DNA of 62,958 bases, counting the filler, from Porpidia crustulata (Eukaryota): NCBI GenBank assembly GCA_964255105.1. It is 11 parts of 11 records of this genome, joined end to end, with 100 filler letters (N's around TTAATTAATTAA, not from the genome) between each part and the next. Parts side by side here need not be neighbours in the genome. Positions count along the whole stretch, not along the records: positions 11,496 to 17,133 come from CAXUWE010001750.1; positions 17,234 to 22,870 come from CAXUWE010001751.1; 9 more parts are not named here. One strand, 5' to 3'. Under the pieces are notes generated by a model, which was given only the letters and a program-made list of their open reading frames with translations, did not search any database and had not been told where the DNA came from. Positions 12,129-22,870 of this stretch are shown here, piece by piece. Each line of letters starts with the position of its first letter. Position 1 is the first letter of the stretch. The position numbers and the translations under genes were made by a program.

Positions 12129-13783
12129 ATGGATTCTCGCATCATTTTCTCTGCTTTCTGTGATCGAGCGACGGCAGCGGCAGCGGCAGCTACGATAGAG
12201 CTGCCATCCTCGTCATCAAGTCCGTTATTCTTTGCTCAGCAATTTTCAGACGCTATTATTGAGTCTCTAAACTCAGCTGAAATTCAAGCGGTCTTCGACT
12301 TTCTGAGCCCTCAAAATCTATCAATGGTGAAAGGTGGAGACCTCTATCCAAAGTTTAAGAAGATGCGACAAGAGTTCGAAAAAGAAGAACTCCAGCTATC
12401 CGAGCAAGAGTCTCAAAAGCTGGTTCAACATTCTGGACCCCTGGATGCAGGAGTTGGTGTGGTATTGCACGTGCAGCATTATAAGGCGGAAGACGAGGAC
12501 ACCTTCATTGCGCGACCATTCTGGGATCCCTATAACCAATCCGTTCAGGTGCAAAAGGCTTTTCAGACGCATTCACCTTCTGTATTGATTGGCATTGGCG
12601 CGCGGCAGCAGGGCCCCTAGGTTGTCCTATGAAGTCATGGGGAAGGAAGTTACGTGCGGGTCATGACTCCATCTCATTACATGTCTTGGATCTTATCCCG
12701 TGTCCACTCCTTATTATCGGCGGAGTATGCGCTTGGGAGTCTTATACCAAAGCGATTCCTAAATATTCCAAGATTATTACATTTTCTATATGCGAAGGTG
12801 TCAATGTGCAATTCGCATTAGAATTCAATGTAGCTGGAACAACGCTTCGGAGAATCGCGGCAAAAATCGATCACCCGTCATTCGGGTATAGAAACCCGAC
12901 GTCTGGACACTTGGCCGCAATCCGCTTCGACGTACAATGTGATTTCATTCTCTGGTTAAGTGGTAAGGATTTCATCGCTAAATCACATGAGACGACTATA
13001 CAGAAACATCGTCGCGGCAAACCAGGATCAGCGCCTTTCCCAGCACTCTATATGTATCGGGATCAGCAAAAGCGGTCCGGGATAGTTCTAAAACGTTCAG
13101 ACTTCGACTGGCACTTTCTTTGCTGGGCGAGTCGTTATCTAGGAGCATCAGTTGATTTCATTCTTGAGTCTGGTCAGTCTTTGGTCCACGTTATCGATAA
13201 TGAGCATCGCCGGCGATGTAGTGAACAAGAGACTCGTCGTCAAGGAGATGCATCGTCTAAAGCCTTGCTTCAAGGGTGGGAGCGAATCATTAATCGGCGG
13301 AATGACTTGAACCGGATAGGCCTTGATTTGACCGTCCGAGGCATGAAGATCCCAATTCCCTACCTCACCGTCCTCGGTGAGGTAATGCGACGCCAAGGAC
13401 ATCTCAGTATTCTTCTCAAGGTCGACTTCGCGGAGAATCAGCCATCTTCTGCCCTTTGCGCTCCAAATGCACGACTTTGCGATCCTGCGTATAGTATGCG
13501 TATTAAGTGTACCTATGTTCTTAAGAAGCAGGAAGAAATACACTGGAGAGAGTTGTGGGTGACTCAGGGACGGAAAACACCGACCCATATGCGACTATGC
13601 CAGATGAACTCTCTGGCAGACCACGTGAAGGGAAGGGATAAACAATACACTTTATCACAGCCACATCGATTCATTTGTGCAAATCTATACAAGCGAATCG
13701 AACCGGTCAAATGGAATCATTACACTATCTGTGAGGAGGCTGGCTGCGAGGGGTGTGCTGGCATTCAAAAGACCAAGTGGTAA
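12129..13783 (+). pseudogene. Intronless hypothetical fungal protein gene with an apparent frameshift near 12551
   Basis: ORF1 reads ...FWDPYNQSVQV. The shifted frame continues KGFSDAFTFCIDWHWRAAAGPLGCPMKSW directly into the 384-aa ORF at 12629-13783, and there is no room for an intron at the shift. Confidence 0.6.
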
Positions 13784-13873
13784 TTAAAGCCACGTTCGGG
13801 TGTGCTCTAGGGTAGGTGACCCACGGAGGGGCATGGCCCGTATAGGGGGTGGGGGGTGAATCCTTCTACATAG

Positions 13874-16088
13874 TAAGTCTGGGCCGCTCCCCAGCAACCT
13901 GAGTCGTTCATACACACATAAATGCTCGTAGGAATAGAGCCACTTTGATGGAGATTTTTAGTACGATGAAGTTGTCCCATCGCCCGGCGACCTCCGTGCT
14001 AACTCACCCCCTATTCCTCATGCATAGCTATCCTATCATATCGCTCGGATATGGTCGCTCCAGCAATCTCCTTTGCGACATATGTAAATAGCACATAGCT
14101 GACACACACAGAGATCTTGGGGTACTGCTTTGGGCGTATCCTGTCGCGATCAGCGGCCAATTGTATGGTGTTTTGAGACAATTCTCCCAAAGGCTTTCTC
14201 TTTCGTCTCTCATTCTCTGGCTTCACCTTACTCCCTTTCGCTACACATACAGAACAGTTCTTCTGTTTGTCTTCTAACCTCATCGGCTCATCATGGTTGG
14301 CCGCGCTTGCTTGATGTACTTGCGCATGTAGAGGCCGTTTGAGAATAGCTCTAGAATGAACACTCATAGTGTATGGTCGTTTCGACTGAGCGAACAGTTG
14401 AGCGGCTAGCCTTGTTCGAAAGGCCTTATGGGTCGAATGATTCTATGGCTCACTGAATGACCGTTGAGGTATACAATGGCTGATCTTTTAAGCGTTCACA
14501 ATTGAGATATCCAACAGAAAATGCTATAGCGGATTTCAGTTCTTGACGTATATGCGCTGTGTATTATAATAGGGGCGGAGCTGGTTGACTACTCCTTTGA
14601 AATGGTTGTATATATCGATGAATTGGGGTATTGCTAGTTTCTTAACAGCGTCGTCTCCGAATACGGCTCGAGAGGTACGCGCATTGGTAGCTGTTTTGGT
14701 AGGTCGACGGCGAGGTCTAGTCACTGTAATCTGGCCATCGTCAACAGTAATTATGAATAACATCACATTTTGATTTTTCTAAACGAATTCCAGTACTTGG
14801 CCGTCTTGGCTCAAGCGCCCGTACAATTTGCCCTATTTCAGTTGAGCGTTATGCTCCAATTTCAGGGCAGAAAGGGAGTATCCGACCCTTTTTTCGCCTC
14901 CTTTGATAGCTTCTTCCGCTGCATTGTGGATCCTGAGGTCTCTTTTAGTACCTCTCGGGCGGTTATTTGTGTTCGAACAGTCCCTGCTGCACTGAAGCCC
15001 TCCTCTTTCAATGTAGCTAGTAGTCGGGCTGACGTGGATAGGTTATCTAGCCATATTGTATGGCAGAAGTCCTTTGAGATACCATCTTGACTCAGTAGGT
15101 CTAATACCACCGCTTGTGTCTTCGAGAACCCTTTATCATCCGTTCAGAAATCATCAAGGTCTACCGGCCCTCCGTCGTCGCTTTTGGCATGGTAGGTCAA
15201 GAACATAGCCGTGATTGGCCAGAACCCAGATCTTGAGGCCCTGAGGTATCGGCTTTGAGGGCAAATTGACGGTCTCTTTGGTACGACCCATGAATCGTTG
15301 AATCGTTTCGTCAACGGCTAGGTGGGTCCCTGTATGCCAGTAGTCCTTGATTTTCTTCCGCAAATGCTCGCTCAATGGCTTTAGCTTATCGAATGGAGTC
15401 TGTTGGCCTTGAGGCAAAGGCTTGGAGACATAGAAGAATCTATCGATTTGTTCCCAACGTTCAAGCTGATATGCTGACGAACGATATCATGTATTAGCCC
15501 TTTAGCTGGGTCGGTATTCCAAAAGTCCTTTACTTCTTTTTCTAGATATACACCCATCCAAACGTAAGCAGCAATGTAAGCGCGAAGCTCTTCTTTCATC
15601 CTTAGAGACCATGTTCTCGTGTGAGGCTTGTCGGCTGGAGCTGGGTGTACTTGGGCGTACTCAGTGGTATTGTTGGCGAGGATAGTAAGGGTTTCATCGT
15701 CGAAGAACAGGATAAAGATCTCGTAAGGGTCGTCGGTCATGATGTGAGGAGGGAGATTACTACTCCCATAGGTAGAAGCAATTCGTAATGGCGCATGCTT
15801 TGGGAGGCTCCAAGGCTCTGGAGGGGGGAGTTTTGGATACCTTTGTAACTTGCTGGTCAGCTGGCACGTGATCTAGGTCGTTGGAGACGCGATTTCGTGG
15901 CATGAATAAGGGAATGGGAGCAAAATGGTTGAATATGAGGCTGAGCAGGGCCAAATCTTGGTGGTTTTGCGCCGGGCGATGGGAGAGAACGCAAGCAGTG
16001 CTGTGATTCGAAAGCGAAAGCTCTGTTCCATAGCCGTTTCTACATATTCTACACGGCTGTCAATATGGTGTACATGCGCCCAGACTTA
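13874..16088 (-). mobile_element. Decayed piggyBac-family (DDE_Tnp_1_7-like) DNA transposon with 11-bp TIRs TAAGTCTGGGC
   Basis: TIRs at 13874-13884 and 16078-16088 (inverted). Transposase fragments: PYEIFILFFDDETL, AVDETIQRFMGR...PSKPIPQGLKIWVL, WLDNLSTSARLL...AAGTVR, IDIYNHFKGV, and a Cys-rich C-terminus. Confidence 0.9.
14028..15903 (-). pseudogene. piggyBac-like transposase pseudogene (multiple frameshifts and stops)
   Basis: Split across the ORF fragments 15760-15954, 15381-15740, 15154-15417, 14862-15110, 14536-14766 and 14011-14367. In-frame stops occur at presumed Trp codons (KN*NPL*HFLLD). Confidence 0.88.
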
Positions 16089-16284
16089 ATGGGTGACCCT
16101 TAACCTGATATCCTGAGTAAGATATTCGCCCACGTCCCCTACCCGATATCAAACTGGTCCGCACCTTCACTAAGCCTTTTGCCTGATTCCATAATGATTA
16201 GAATTCAGCAAAAAAAGACTACCGCGATTAGCTCATCCTATTTCGTAGTTGAGGGCACAAAAAACAAAAATAAATAAAAAGTAG

Positions 16285-16297
16285 AAAAAATTAAAAA
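16285..16297 (-). terminator. Pol III oligo(T) terminator of tRNA-Lys
   Basis: TTTTTAATTTTTT begins a few nt 3' of the discriminator base on the minus strand. Confidence 0.8.
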
Positions 16298-16300
16298 TGA

Positions 16301-16488
16301 AGCCGAAGGCGGGGCTCGAACCCGCGACCTTGAGGTTTTCTTTGTTAAGAGCCACACGCTCTACCTACAAGGTGTTAGAGACTACTACGTTCAACCAACT
16401 ATTTCAAGTAGCCTACCGATTGAGCTCTGCCATTCTTATTAGCAGGCTTAGCGGGCAAGCAAGGAATTTCGAGAACTTACACCCCGGC
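16301..16488 (-). tRNA. tRNA-Lys(CTT) with two spliceosomal-type introns (16480-16427, 16416-16365) and a 9-nt canonical anticodon-loop intron
   Basis: Spliced sequence GCCGGGGT|AGCTCAATCG|GTAGAGCGTGTGGCTCTTA[acaaagaaa]ACCTCAAGGTCGCGGGTTCGAGCCCCGCCTTCGGCT folds into a full cloverleaf. Acceptor GCCGGGG/CTTCGGC, D stem GCTC/GAGC, T stem GCGGG/CCCGC with loop TTCGAGC, and one T:T mismatch in the anticodon stem. Confidence 0.93.
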
Positions 16489-16567
16489 TACTCCACTTGA
16501 ATTATCTAAAAACCCTTATTATAATATATATTCTAGTTGCTAGAGATGGCCATTGAGAAAAAAGATA

Positions 16568-16826
16568 CACGCGGTCACAAAATAAATCCATACCGCTAAT
16601 TCCGATCCCCCGCCCACACCATCAAATATACATACTACAGCATCTGTAGAAAACATTAACTAAACGCTACAGAATTGAATGATGCCGATCTTAAAAAACA
16701 AGATTGAAACGGTACGCTATTAAACTACATAGGTTCATGAAAAAAACAGTCTTGAAACAATGATCGAATCTGATTTATTTGATGAGGGTCGAGTTTTGCG
16801 GTATGGATTTATTTTCTGGCCGCGTG
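16568..16826. mobile_element. MITE, family 1 (CACG...CGTG termini, about 30-bp imperfect TIRs)
   Basis: The start cacgcggtcacaaaataaatccataccgc is the inverse of the end gcggtatggatttattttctggccgcgtg. The interior is homologous to 29642-29892 (caagattgaaac...cttgaaacaat...aatctgattt...gtcgagttttgcggta). No TSD is retained in this copy. Confidence 0.82.
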
Positions 16827-16921
16827 CTTGGTTCTTGACATATTCGAGTAGATCGGAGCAGACGTCTCCACCAGGCATTCCCTCGATCCTTAGATAGCGC
16901 GTTGGCATTAAATGAAGGTCC

Positions 16922-17133
16922 TAAGTCTGGGCAAGAGGAGGCCGAGCTTGGGTAGTAGGCCTGACAAAATGTATAAAAAGATCTTGGGCAGCTACATGCA
17001 GGTACAGAGTAGCCAACTTCGGCTCCCTTGTGTTGCCTTATCTGTTATCAAGAGCCGTTACGGGCTCCTCCTTTAATACTCCCTCGTATATTCCTTCGTG
17101 TTCCCCTCTGCTCCCCCCTGCTTCCCCTTGTGC
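16922..17133. mobile_element. Possible end of a second TAAGTCTGGGC-terminated element, cut by the contig end
   Basis: An exact 11-bp copy of the piggyBac-like TIR at 16922-16932, followed by TGCTCCCC-type low-complexity repeats at the contig break. Confidence 0.45.
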
Positions 17134-17781
17134 NNNNNNNNNNNNNNNNNNNNNNNNNNNNNNNNNNNNNNNNNNNNTTAATTAATTAANNNNNNNNNNN
17201 NNNNNNNNNNNNNNNNNNNNNNNNNNNNNNNNNGGCGTGGGGGATTTGTGCCGCTGTGAAGAAGGTGCGGGGATTCTTCGCTGCGCTCGAGAATGACAAC
17301 GAAAAGAGAAGAGCTGGGTGGGTTCATGAAGGGGGGGAACACGGCCTTGGGGTTGGGGGGTGGGGTTAGGAGGTTGCAAACAACCGGACATGATACTCAT
17401 TTCGAACCCTCAAAGTCACGAACTGATTCATTCCAAGCACTTTCACGCTTTTCTATCTATGCTAGAGTACCGACTTTAATTTCAAATTCCACGTTTACAT
17501 CAAATGCCAGTCCAAAAGGACGGAGCGCCTTGTAAATGCCCAGGCTCACAATACTAAATACACGAGCACGCTTGCCTATGATAATGCAGAATGCACGGAC
17601 AACAGCAATGCTGAATCGAAGAGGTGGTATTGTAAAAGCAGAAGCAGGAACAGAAGCAAATGTTGAATTTTTCAAACGCCGGCCCAGGTTTACAAGAGAA
17701 GGGTTTGGTGAGGAGCTTTCGTTGTTGTAGTGAGAAAACGGTAGTAGTTTCCCTACGTAACTGAAGATACGAAAATGGGAT

Positions 17782-19985
17782 TCAGAAATCATCGGAATCG
17801 AACTGCTTCAATGGGCGGCCCAGTTGCCTTAGTAAATTATCGAGGTCCTTCCAGTTTTCCGCTGTGAGAGCAAATTTACGATGTTTCCGTCCGATGATAT
17901 GCTGGATTCCACATTAGCCTTGCACGATTGCTAGTGAGCACCATACTGACCTCATCGAAATCATCATATTTCTCTCGGCAATTCTCACAATACCCGGGCT
18001 TCGGATCCTTGGCCGCCGTGTGCTTGTTCAAAACCACTTCAGCTCGTTGAACCTCTTCCGCCGTCCAAATATCTTCTTCTTCCTCGGATTGAGTGGACTC
18101 TTCGTCGATATGTATTAGCATTTCCTGGGCCTTTCTCCTTGTCTGCCTAGCCACGGGGGGGTTCCTTTCAGCTCTAGCTACTCCAAGTGTGCCGGAAATT
18201 CTCTGGTTTGCTTGTATATTGCCGAGCACTGGCCCACTGTTCTTTTCCAGGACCTTCCTTTTTAGCCCGTGCACCTCTCTACTAAGACCAGTCTTGGCGC
18301 CGGGAGCTGCAGCTGTCGAAGAGATCATCTGGGAACGGATCGCTGAGGTGATGTTTGACGCTTGCAGCCCTGAAGCTGCAGGCTCACCACCATAAAGTCT
18401 AAGAGAAGCCGCGTTTGGCTGGTGTTTGTATTCCATGTTTGGGCTCCTGGGTTTGATATTAGTTGTGGCGGGGGGCGGGCAGAGCCCGTTGGTACGAGGC
18501 TTCTCTGGAGTCGGTAGCATTGGGTTCACAACATTCTTCGATTCAGTGAGTGGTTGCCTCTTTGTGACCGTTTCAGTCGCTTGCATTCTCGTAGTTTGTG
18601 CAGCTGCTGCAGCCCGAGTACGTGGAGCTGTCTGCGCCTGTACAACAGATTGAGCAGCCACCTCTTGCTCATGAGCTCTGACTCTCTCATGCTCTAGCTT
18701 ACTATCCTCAACAAAAGGACATTTGCCTTGGCAGGCGCTCCGGAATTGAGGCCACTCCCCCGCCTCTTTGTACTCGGGGGTTGGGTATTCCCGAATCAGT
18801 ACAGGTTTAGTTTTCTCGTCCATATCTCGAATGTAGATGTAGGGCCCTTTGAACGGGATGAGCTCGCTTGGAGTTATAGTAGAATCAAGGTCGGATGGTC
18901 CATTGAGTTGTTCGTTGAGTAGCATGCGAGATAAATCAGCATATCCGGAATCTTTATTGGCTACTCCCTTGATGGGCATATTGCTTCTGGTGTTGTGTCC
19001 ATGTTGAACCTGGCTTTCCGTACGAGAATCAAACATTGTATTTGTTACGCGTTGTAGTTTTTCCAGCTGCCATATTTTCATCCCCATCTCCCTACCTCTG
19101 AAGAGGATATCCGCCTTGGCGCCATTATTTCTCTTTTGCTCGGCATCGCGAACAATACCTAATGTGGATTTTCGGCCTGCTGTTTGCTCAAAGGTGAACC
19201 TATTCCTGTGATGTTGCGACTGATTCTGATACTGTGCTTCATATTGTCGGTCAAGAAGCGAGGGATTGATGGTACGGCTGTGGCCAGCATTCCTTGAGCC
19301 TGTGGTCGTAGAAGTCGGTGCAACGATTTCCGTTGGACTCCTAGGACCGGCTTCAGCAGGCACAGCTCTTGTCGTGACAATATGAGTTACTTCTTTAGAG
19401 AAGAATTTTTCTTCCCTCTGTCAATATGCATGAATCAGTAATAATAATAAGATCCTTTTGGGACCAACTCACCGCTCCTAGTAATTTGATAGCTTTTGAG
19501 CACCTTGCTCGAATATCCTCTGGGATACTCTCAAAATAGAATACAAAATAAGGGAAAACCCTTCGGTAATGTTTCTGCCATTGTCTGATATCGTTCAGGG
19601 ATTCGGCTGATCTCTCATTCATATCATCCTTCGGCTCATCTTGATTGCTCTCTACTGCCAGCAGCCTAGGCTCGAATGTCACAGGCTGGCCATTGATGGG
19701 CCGTCGATTGAAAACTCGACCCTCGGCTGGTTGCGATGAAAGCTTGCGGGATGGCGTACGTAGGGTAGGACGATCAACTGCAACAGCTTGCCTCTTTGCT
19801 GGCGGTATGTGACCATATGATGATTCTTCTTGGGCATTGTTTTGCTCTCTTGAGCGCTTCTGAGCTGCGGCTGCAACCGCCCGATACGGTGAATTAGCAG
19901 CGTTTGGATTGTCGGCCAATGGCGGTCTTCGTGTTGACATTAGTTCAATTCTGGCTGCTCCAGGTGACATAGATATTGCTGCCAT
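17782..19985 (-). CDS. DBF4: Cdc7/Hsk1 kinase regulatory subunit Dbf4/Dfp1/NimO, 2 introns
   Basis: Motif N (IRQWQKHYRRVFPYFVFYFESIP), motif M (PFKGPYIYIRDMDEKTKPVLIREYP...WPQFRS) and the motif C zinc finger (KPGYCENCREKYDDFDE/HIIGRKHRKFA). Confidence 0.93.
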
Positions 19986-20598
19986 GCGTAAAAATGTGAA
20001 GTGCTCTCTATATCTGAGGCTTATGGAGGGGCAGTGATCGAACGCGACGTGCTACAGATCAGAAAGGATAACAATTCTGTTATAAAGATATCATGATTGC
20101 TGTAGAGCTTGACCAAGTGTCTGTACACACACTCGAGGCCTTAGTGATTGTCAATGGAGTGAAGGTGGTTGTTGTTGTTGTTGGTAGAGGTTCTTGGGAG
20201 CGTGAGGTGGGAGAGTTGATGGGTTGAGCTTGTTGATTGGATTGGTTTCCCCGGGCCAACAAGCGACTAGCGTGAATGCACCATCCACAAACCCAGTGCT
20301 CTTTGTAACGTATCCAGATGGATCGAAGTATGAGGGTACCTACTCGATCGCATGTTCATTGACAAATATATTATGTTAACACGCGGTGGGGAGCTTAGGA
20401 AAATAGAATATGCGCCCCGATGCTTCGCTCAAAGTATTTGATACGCTCATGTGCTCGCTGAAGCGCTTCAGGTAAACAATGTGTCTAGTCCGTAGGAAAA
20501 TGCCTAAACACCTGAAGCGTGAACGCCAGAGGCGTTCCAAATTGGTATTATCTCCACAGCATACAGGATGCTCTCACCAAGGCCTTGACTTTTCAATC

Positions 20599-22410
20599 TC
20601 ATAAAACCTTCACCTTCATCCATTCATTAGTTCCCACCCCCAAGTTCAGCCCATTCCTTGCCCACCAGGCCCGAATCCTGTCCTCCCCATCGCCACCCAA
20701 ACTATCTTCCAAAGCCTCTTCTATGTCACAAGTCTTGTACTCAACCCTATAGCCACTTTGCTTCCACCATTCGAGGATATCAGCATGCCCGTTTTTAGTA
20801 GGACCTACGAGGACTTGGTGGTCGTAGTGCATCTTCTCGCCTTTGAAGTCTCTCCACATCTGAAGCACGTCAACGTGTCCACTTGCAGACGCTATACGGG
20901 CAACAGCCTCTTCGTATGCTGTGGGAATTCTAGAAGCCCCCCACCATCTCAACGCGGCGGTCTGGCCATTCTGGGCAGCGAAAATCAAGGATTTGCCGAC
21001 CTTCAGGCGTAGCGGAAGGAGAGTCTCGGCACTTTTGTTGCTGAATTTGTAAACTTCAAGCCGGGGATTACTTGATAGCATACAGTGCTCACTCGCGCTA
21101 CGGCTCATGGGCCCACTTGGAGTAAGATTGTCGCTGTCAAAGCTCTCATATCCAGTCTGATGTAATGAAGCGTTACGCCACCACTCAAGTACATCAATAT
21201 TTCCTTTGGAAGATGCTTGTTCTAGCGCAGCTTCGGTGTAGCGCAATGGAAGCCCTGAGCTACGCCACCAATCCAAGATATGGATGAAGCCCGCTTTCGA
21301 AGCAGAGTCAAGAGCCTCGGCTGTATACTCTTTGCTAAGAAAAGACGGTGAAGTGCGCCACCACTCCAATATTGAGGTCTTCCCAAATACTGCAGAGGCT
21401 TTCGTCGGAAGTAAGGTGTGTCCAAATGTAGACCAGAATAGATCTTTATGCTTTGCCTCCAGGTATGCAAGTAAGTCTACTCGAGCGAACTTGATAATCA
21501 ATTTCACGCAAAGCTTAGATAACCATTTCGGTGGGGATCCCGACTCGATGTGTCTGACAAAATCGGCGAAGCCACCCGTTAGGATGATCCACTCAAGGTC
21601 TTTCGCGTCAGTTTGTGACATTTGCTGGTCGTTCTTTGGCCAGACAACAACACGTCGCCATTCTCCTGGCTGGGGCAGGTTCGTATAGATCCCGAGCGCC
21701 GTTGCAACTTCCCAGTCTCCAACATGCTCAAAGATCATCGACCATATCTCGATAGGCAACGTGATCTGATTCCCACATGCTGCCGTTGCTACTTGTTGGG
21801 TAGTGGTGGTTGTGGATTCTTGATCCTGACCAAGAGTCATCAAGTCGGCCTGGTTCTGTAGTGTCTGAACGAGGTCCTCCATGGCTGTCCACTTTCTGGG
21901 CGTCTTATCCTGGTACCCTTCTTTGCTATTCCACAATAAGGGCTCGAGGATACGAATCCAGTTCCACTTCCTTCGCACCTTGCTGAGTTGCTTCTTTGTC
22001 ATTGGATTCTCCCACATTGCGAATGACATTCCTGGCACCAGTAGGATCTTTTTTGAAACGTCCCATGATCGCAATACCTCAAGAAGAAAATTGTCGGCGA
22101 TGCCGTGCAGCATTTTAGCTAAGGAATCGGCGCGGAGCGAGGCCACAACAAGAAGATCTCCCCATTCAATCAGTTCGTCAATCGAAATCGGCGAGACATT
22201 TCGAGTGATCAAACGTGTGTTGTCGATGATGTATAGCTCATTCCGGGGTATTTCCTTTTCAGGGAACCCGTGAACCAGAGTTCTCGCTTCAATATTCGAG
22301 CGCCCTTGCAAGCTATCTGCAATGAGATGGGCAAAAGTATGTGATAGCACTGTATCCTGAATAACGATGACTTTGACTGATCTTGTCGGTTCAAGAGATC
22401 TGGTTGCCAT
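20599..22410 (-). CDS. Flavoprotein (HFCD/PPC-decarboxylase-like) domain plus ankyrin-repeat protein
   Basis: N-terminal WGDLLVVASLRADSLAKMLHGIADNFLLEVLRSWDVSKKILLVPGMSFAMWENP. C-terminal ankyrin-like repeats (ALDSASKAGFIHILDWW, ALEQASSKGNIDVLEWW, AAQNGQTAALRWW). Confidence 0.85.
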   Translation of the reverse strand: MATRSLEPTRSVKVIVIQDTVLSHTFAHLIADSLQGRSNIEARTLVHGFPEKEIPRNELYIIDNTRLITRNVSPISIDELIEWGDLLVVASLRADSLAKMLHGIADNFLLEVLRSWDVSKKILLVPGMSFAMWENPMTKKQLSKVRRKWNWIRILEPLLWNSKEGYQDKTPRKWTAMEDLVQTLQNQADLMTLGQDQESTTTTTQQVATAACGNQITLPIEIWSMIFEHVGDWEVATALGIYTNLPQPGEWRRVVVWPKNDQQMSQTDAKDLEWIILTGGFADFVRHIESGSPPKWLSKLCVKLIIKFARVDLLAYLEAKHKDLFWSTFGHTLLPTKASAVFGKTSILEWWRTSPSFLSKEYTAEALDSASKAGFIHILDWWRSSGLPLRYTEAALEQASSKGNIDVLEWWRNASLHQTGYESFDSDNLTPSGPMSRSASEHCMLSSNPRLEVYKFSNKSAETLLPLRLKVGKSLIFAAQNGQTAALRWWGASRIPTAYEEAVARIASASGHVDVLQMWRDFKGEKMHYDHQVLVGPTKNGHADILEWWKQSGYRVEYKTCDIEEALEDSLGGDGEDRIRAWWARNGLNLGVGTNEWMKVKVL

Positions 22411-22818
22411 GCCTCAGTGTTGAATGATAATGGAAATGACTCGACGGAGGCAACTACCCGAAGTACTGTGTGTTGATTGTTCCAATACTTCACCTAAAGC
22501 CATCAAGCACAAGGACTGTTCGCATTAATCATCGATCGGTTGAACTTTCAAACAATTTAGCGTAAAGAGAATATTCATGAGTGCGTGGAATGAAATGGGA
22601 GTCGATGTAAAATCAAGTGAGTGGCCACCCACGCCACCTTCCCTTGATGACTTCTTTCCAATGCGTTTGACCGAAGACTAGTCTTAGATAAGCCTATATC
22701 ATTTGAGCCTTGCCCCTCTGACCATGATCGTGAAGCGTCGATGGAAAATTAAACATACAAATCACACAGTCCATGGAACTCGAAAAGCCTCCCAATGTGG
22801 TAAGGTAGCTACTACGTA

Positions 22819-22870
22819 ACGTAGTCTACCCTCAAACGAGACACACCCTCAAACGAGACAGCGCCCCACC
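22819..22870. mobile_element. Terminus of a Fot1/pogo-type (Tc1-mariner) element, truncated by contig end
   Basis: TA|ACGTAGTCT followed by two 17-bp direct repeats (ACCCTCAAACGAGACA). This is the TA-target plus ACGT terminus plus paired direct-repeat TIR layout of Fot1/Tan1-like elements. Confidence 0.65.

Noticed and set aside
16297..16500. 67-aa plus-strand ORF (MKPKAGLEPATLR...)
   Set aside because: It is the antisense shadow of the tRNA-Lys gene.
20380..20521. CACGCGG start resembling the CACG-ended MITEs
   Set aside because: No matching inverted terminus or TSD found.
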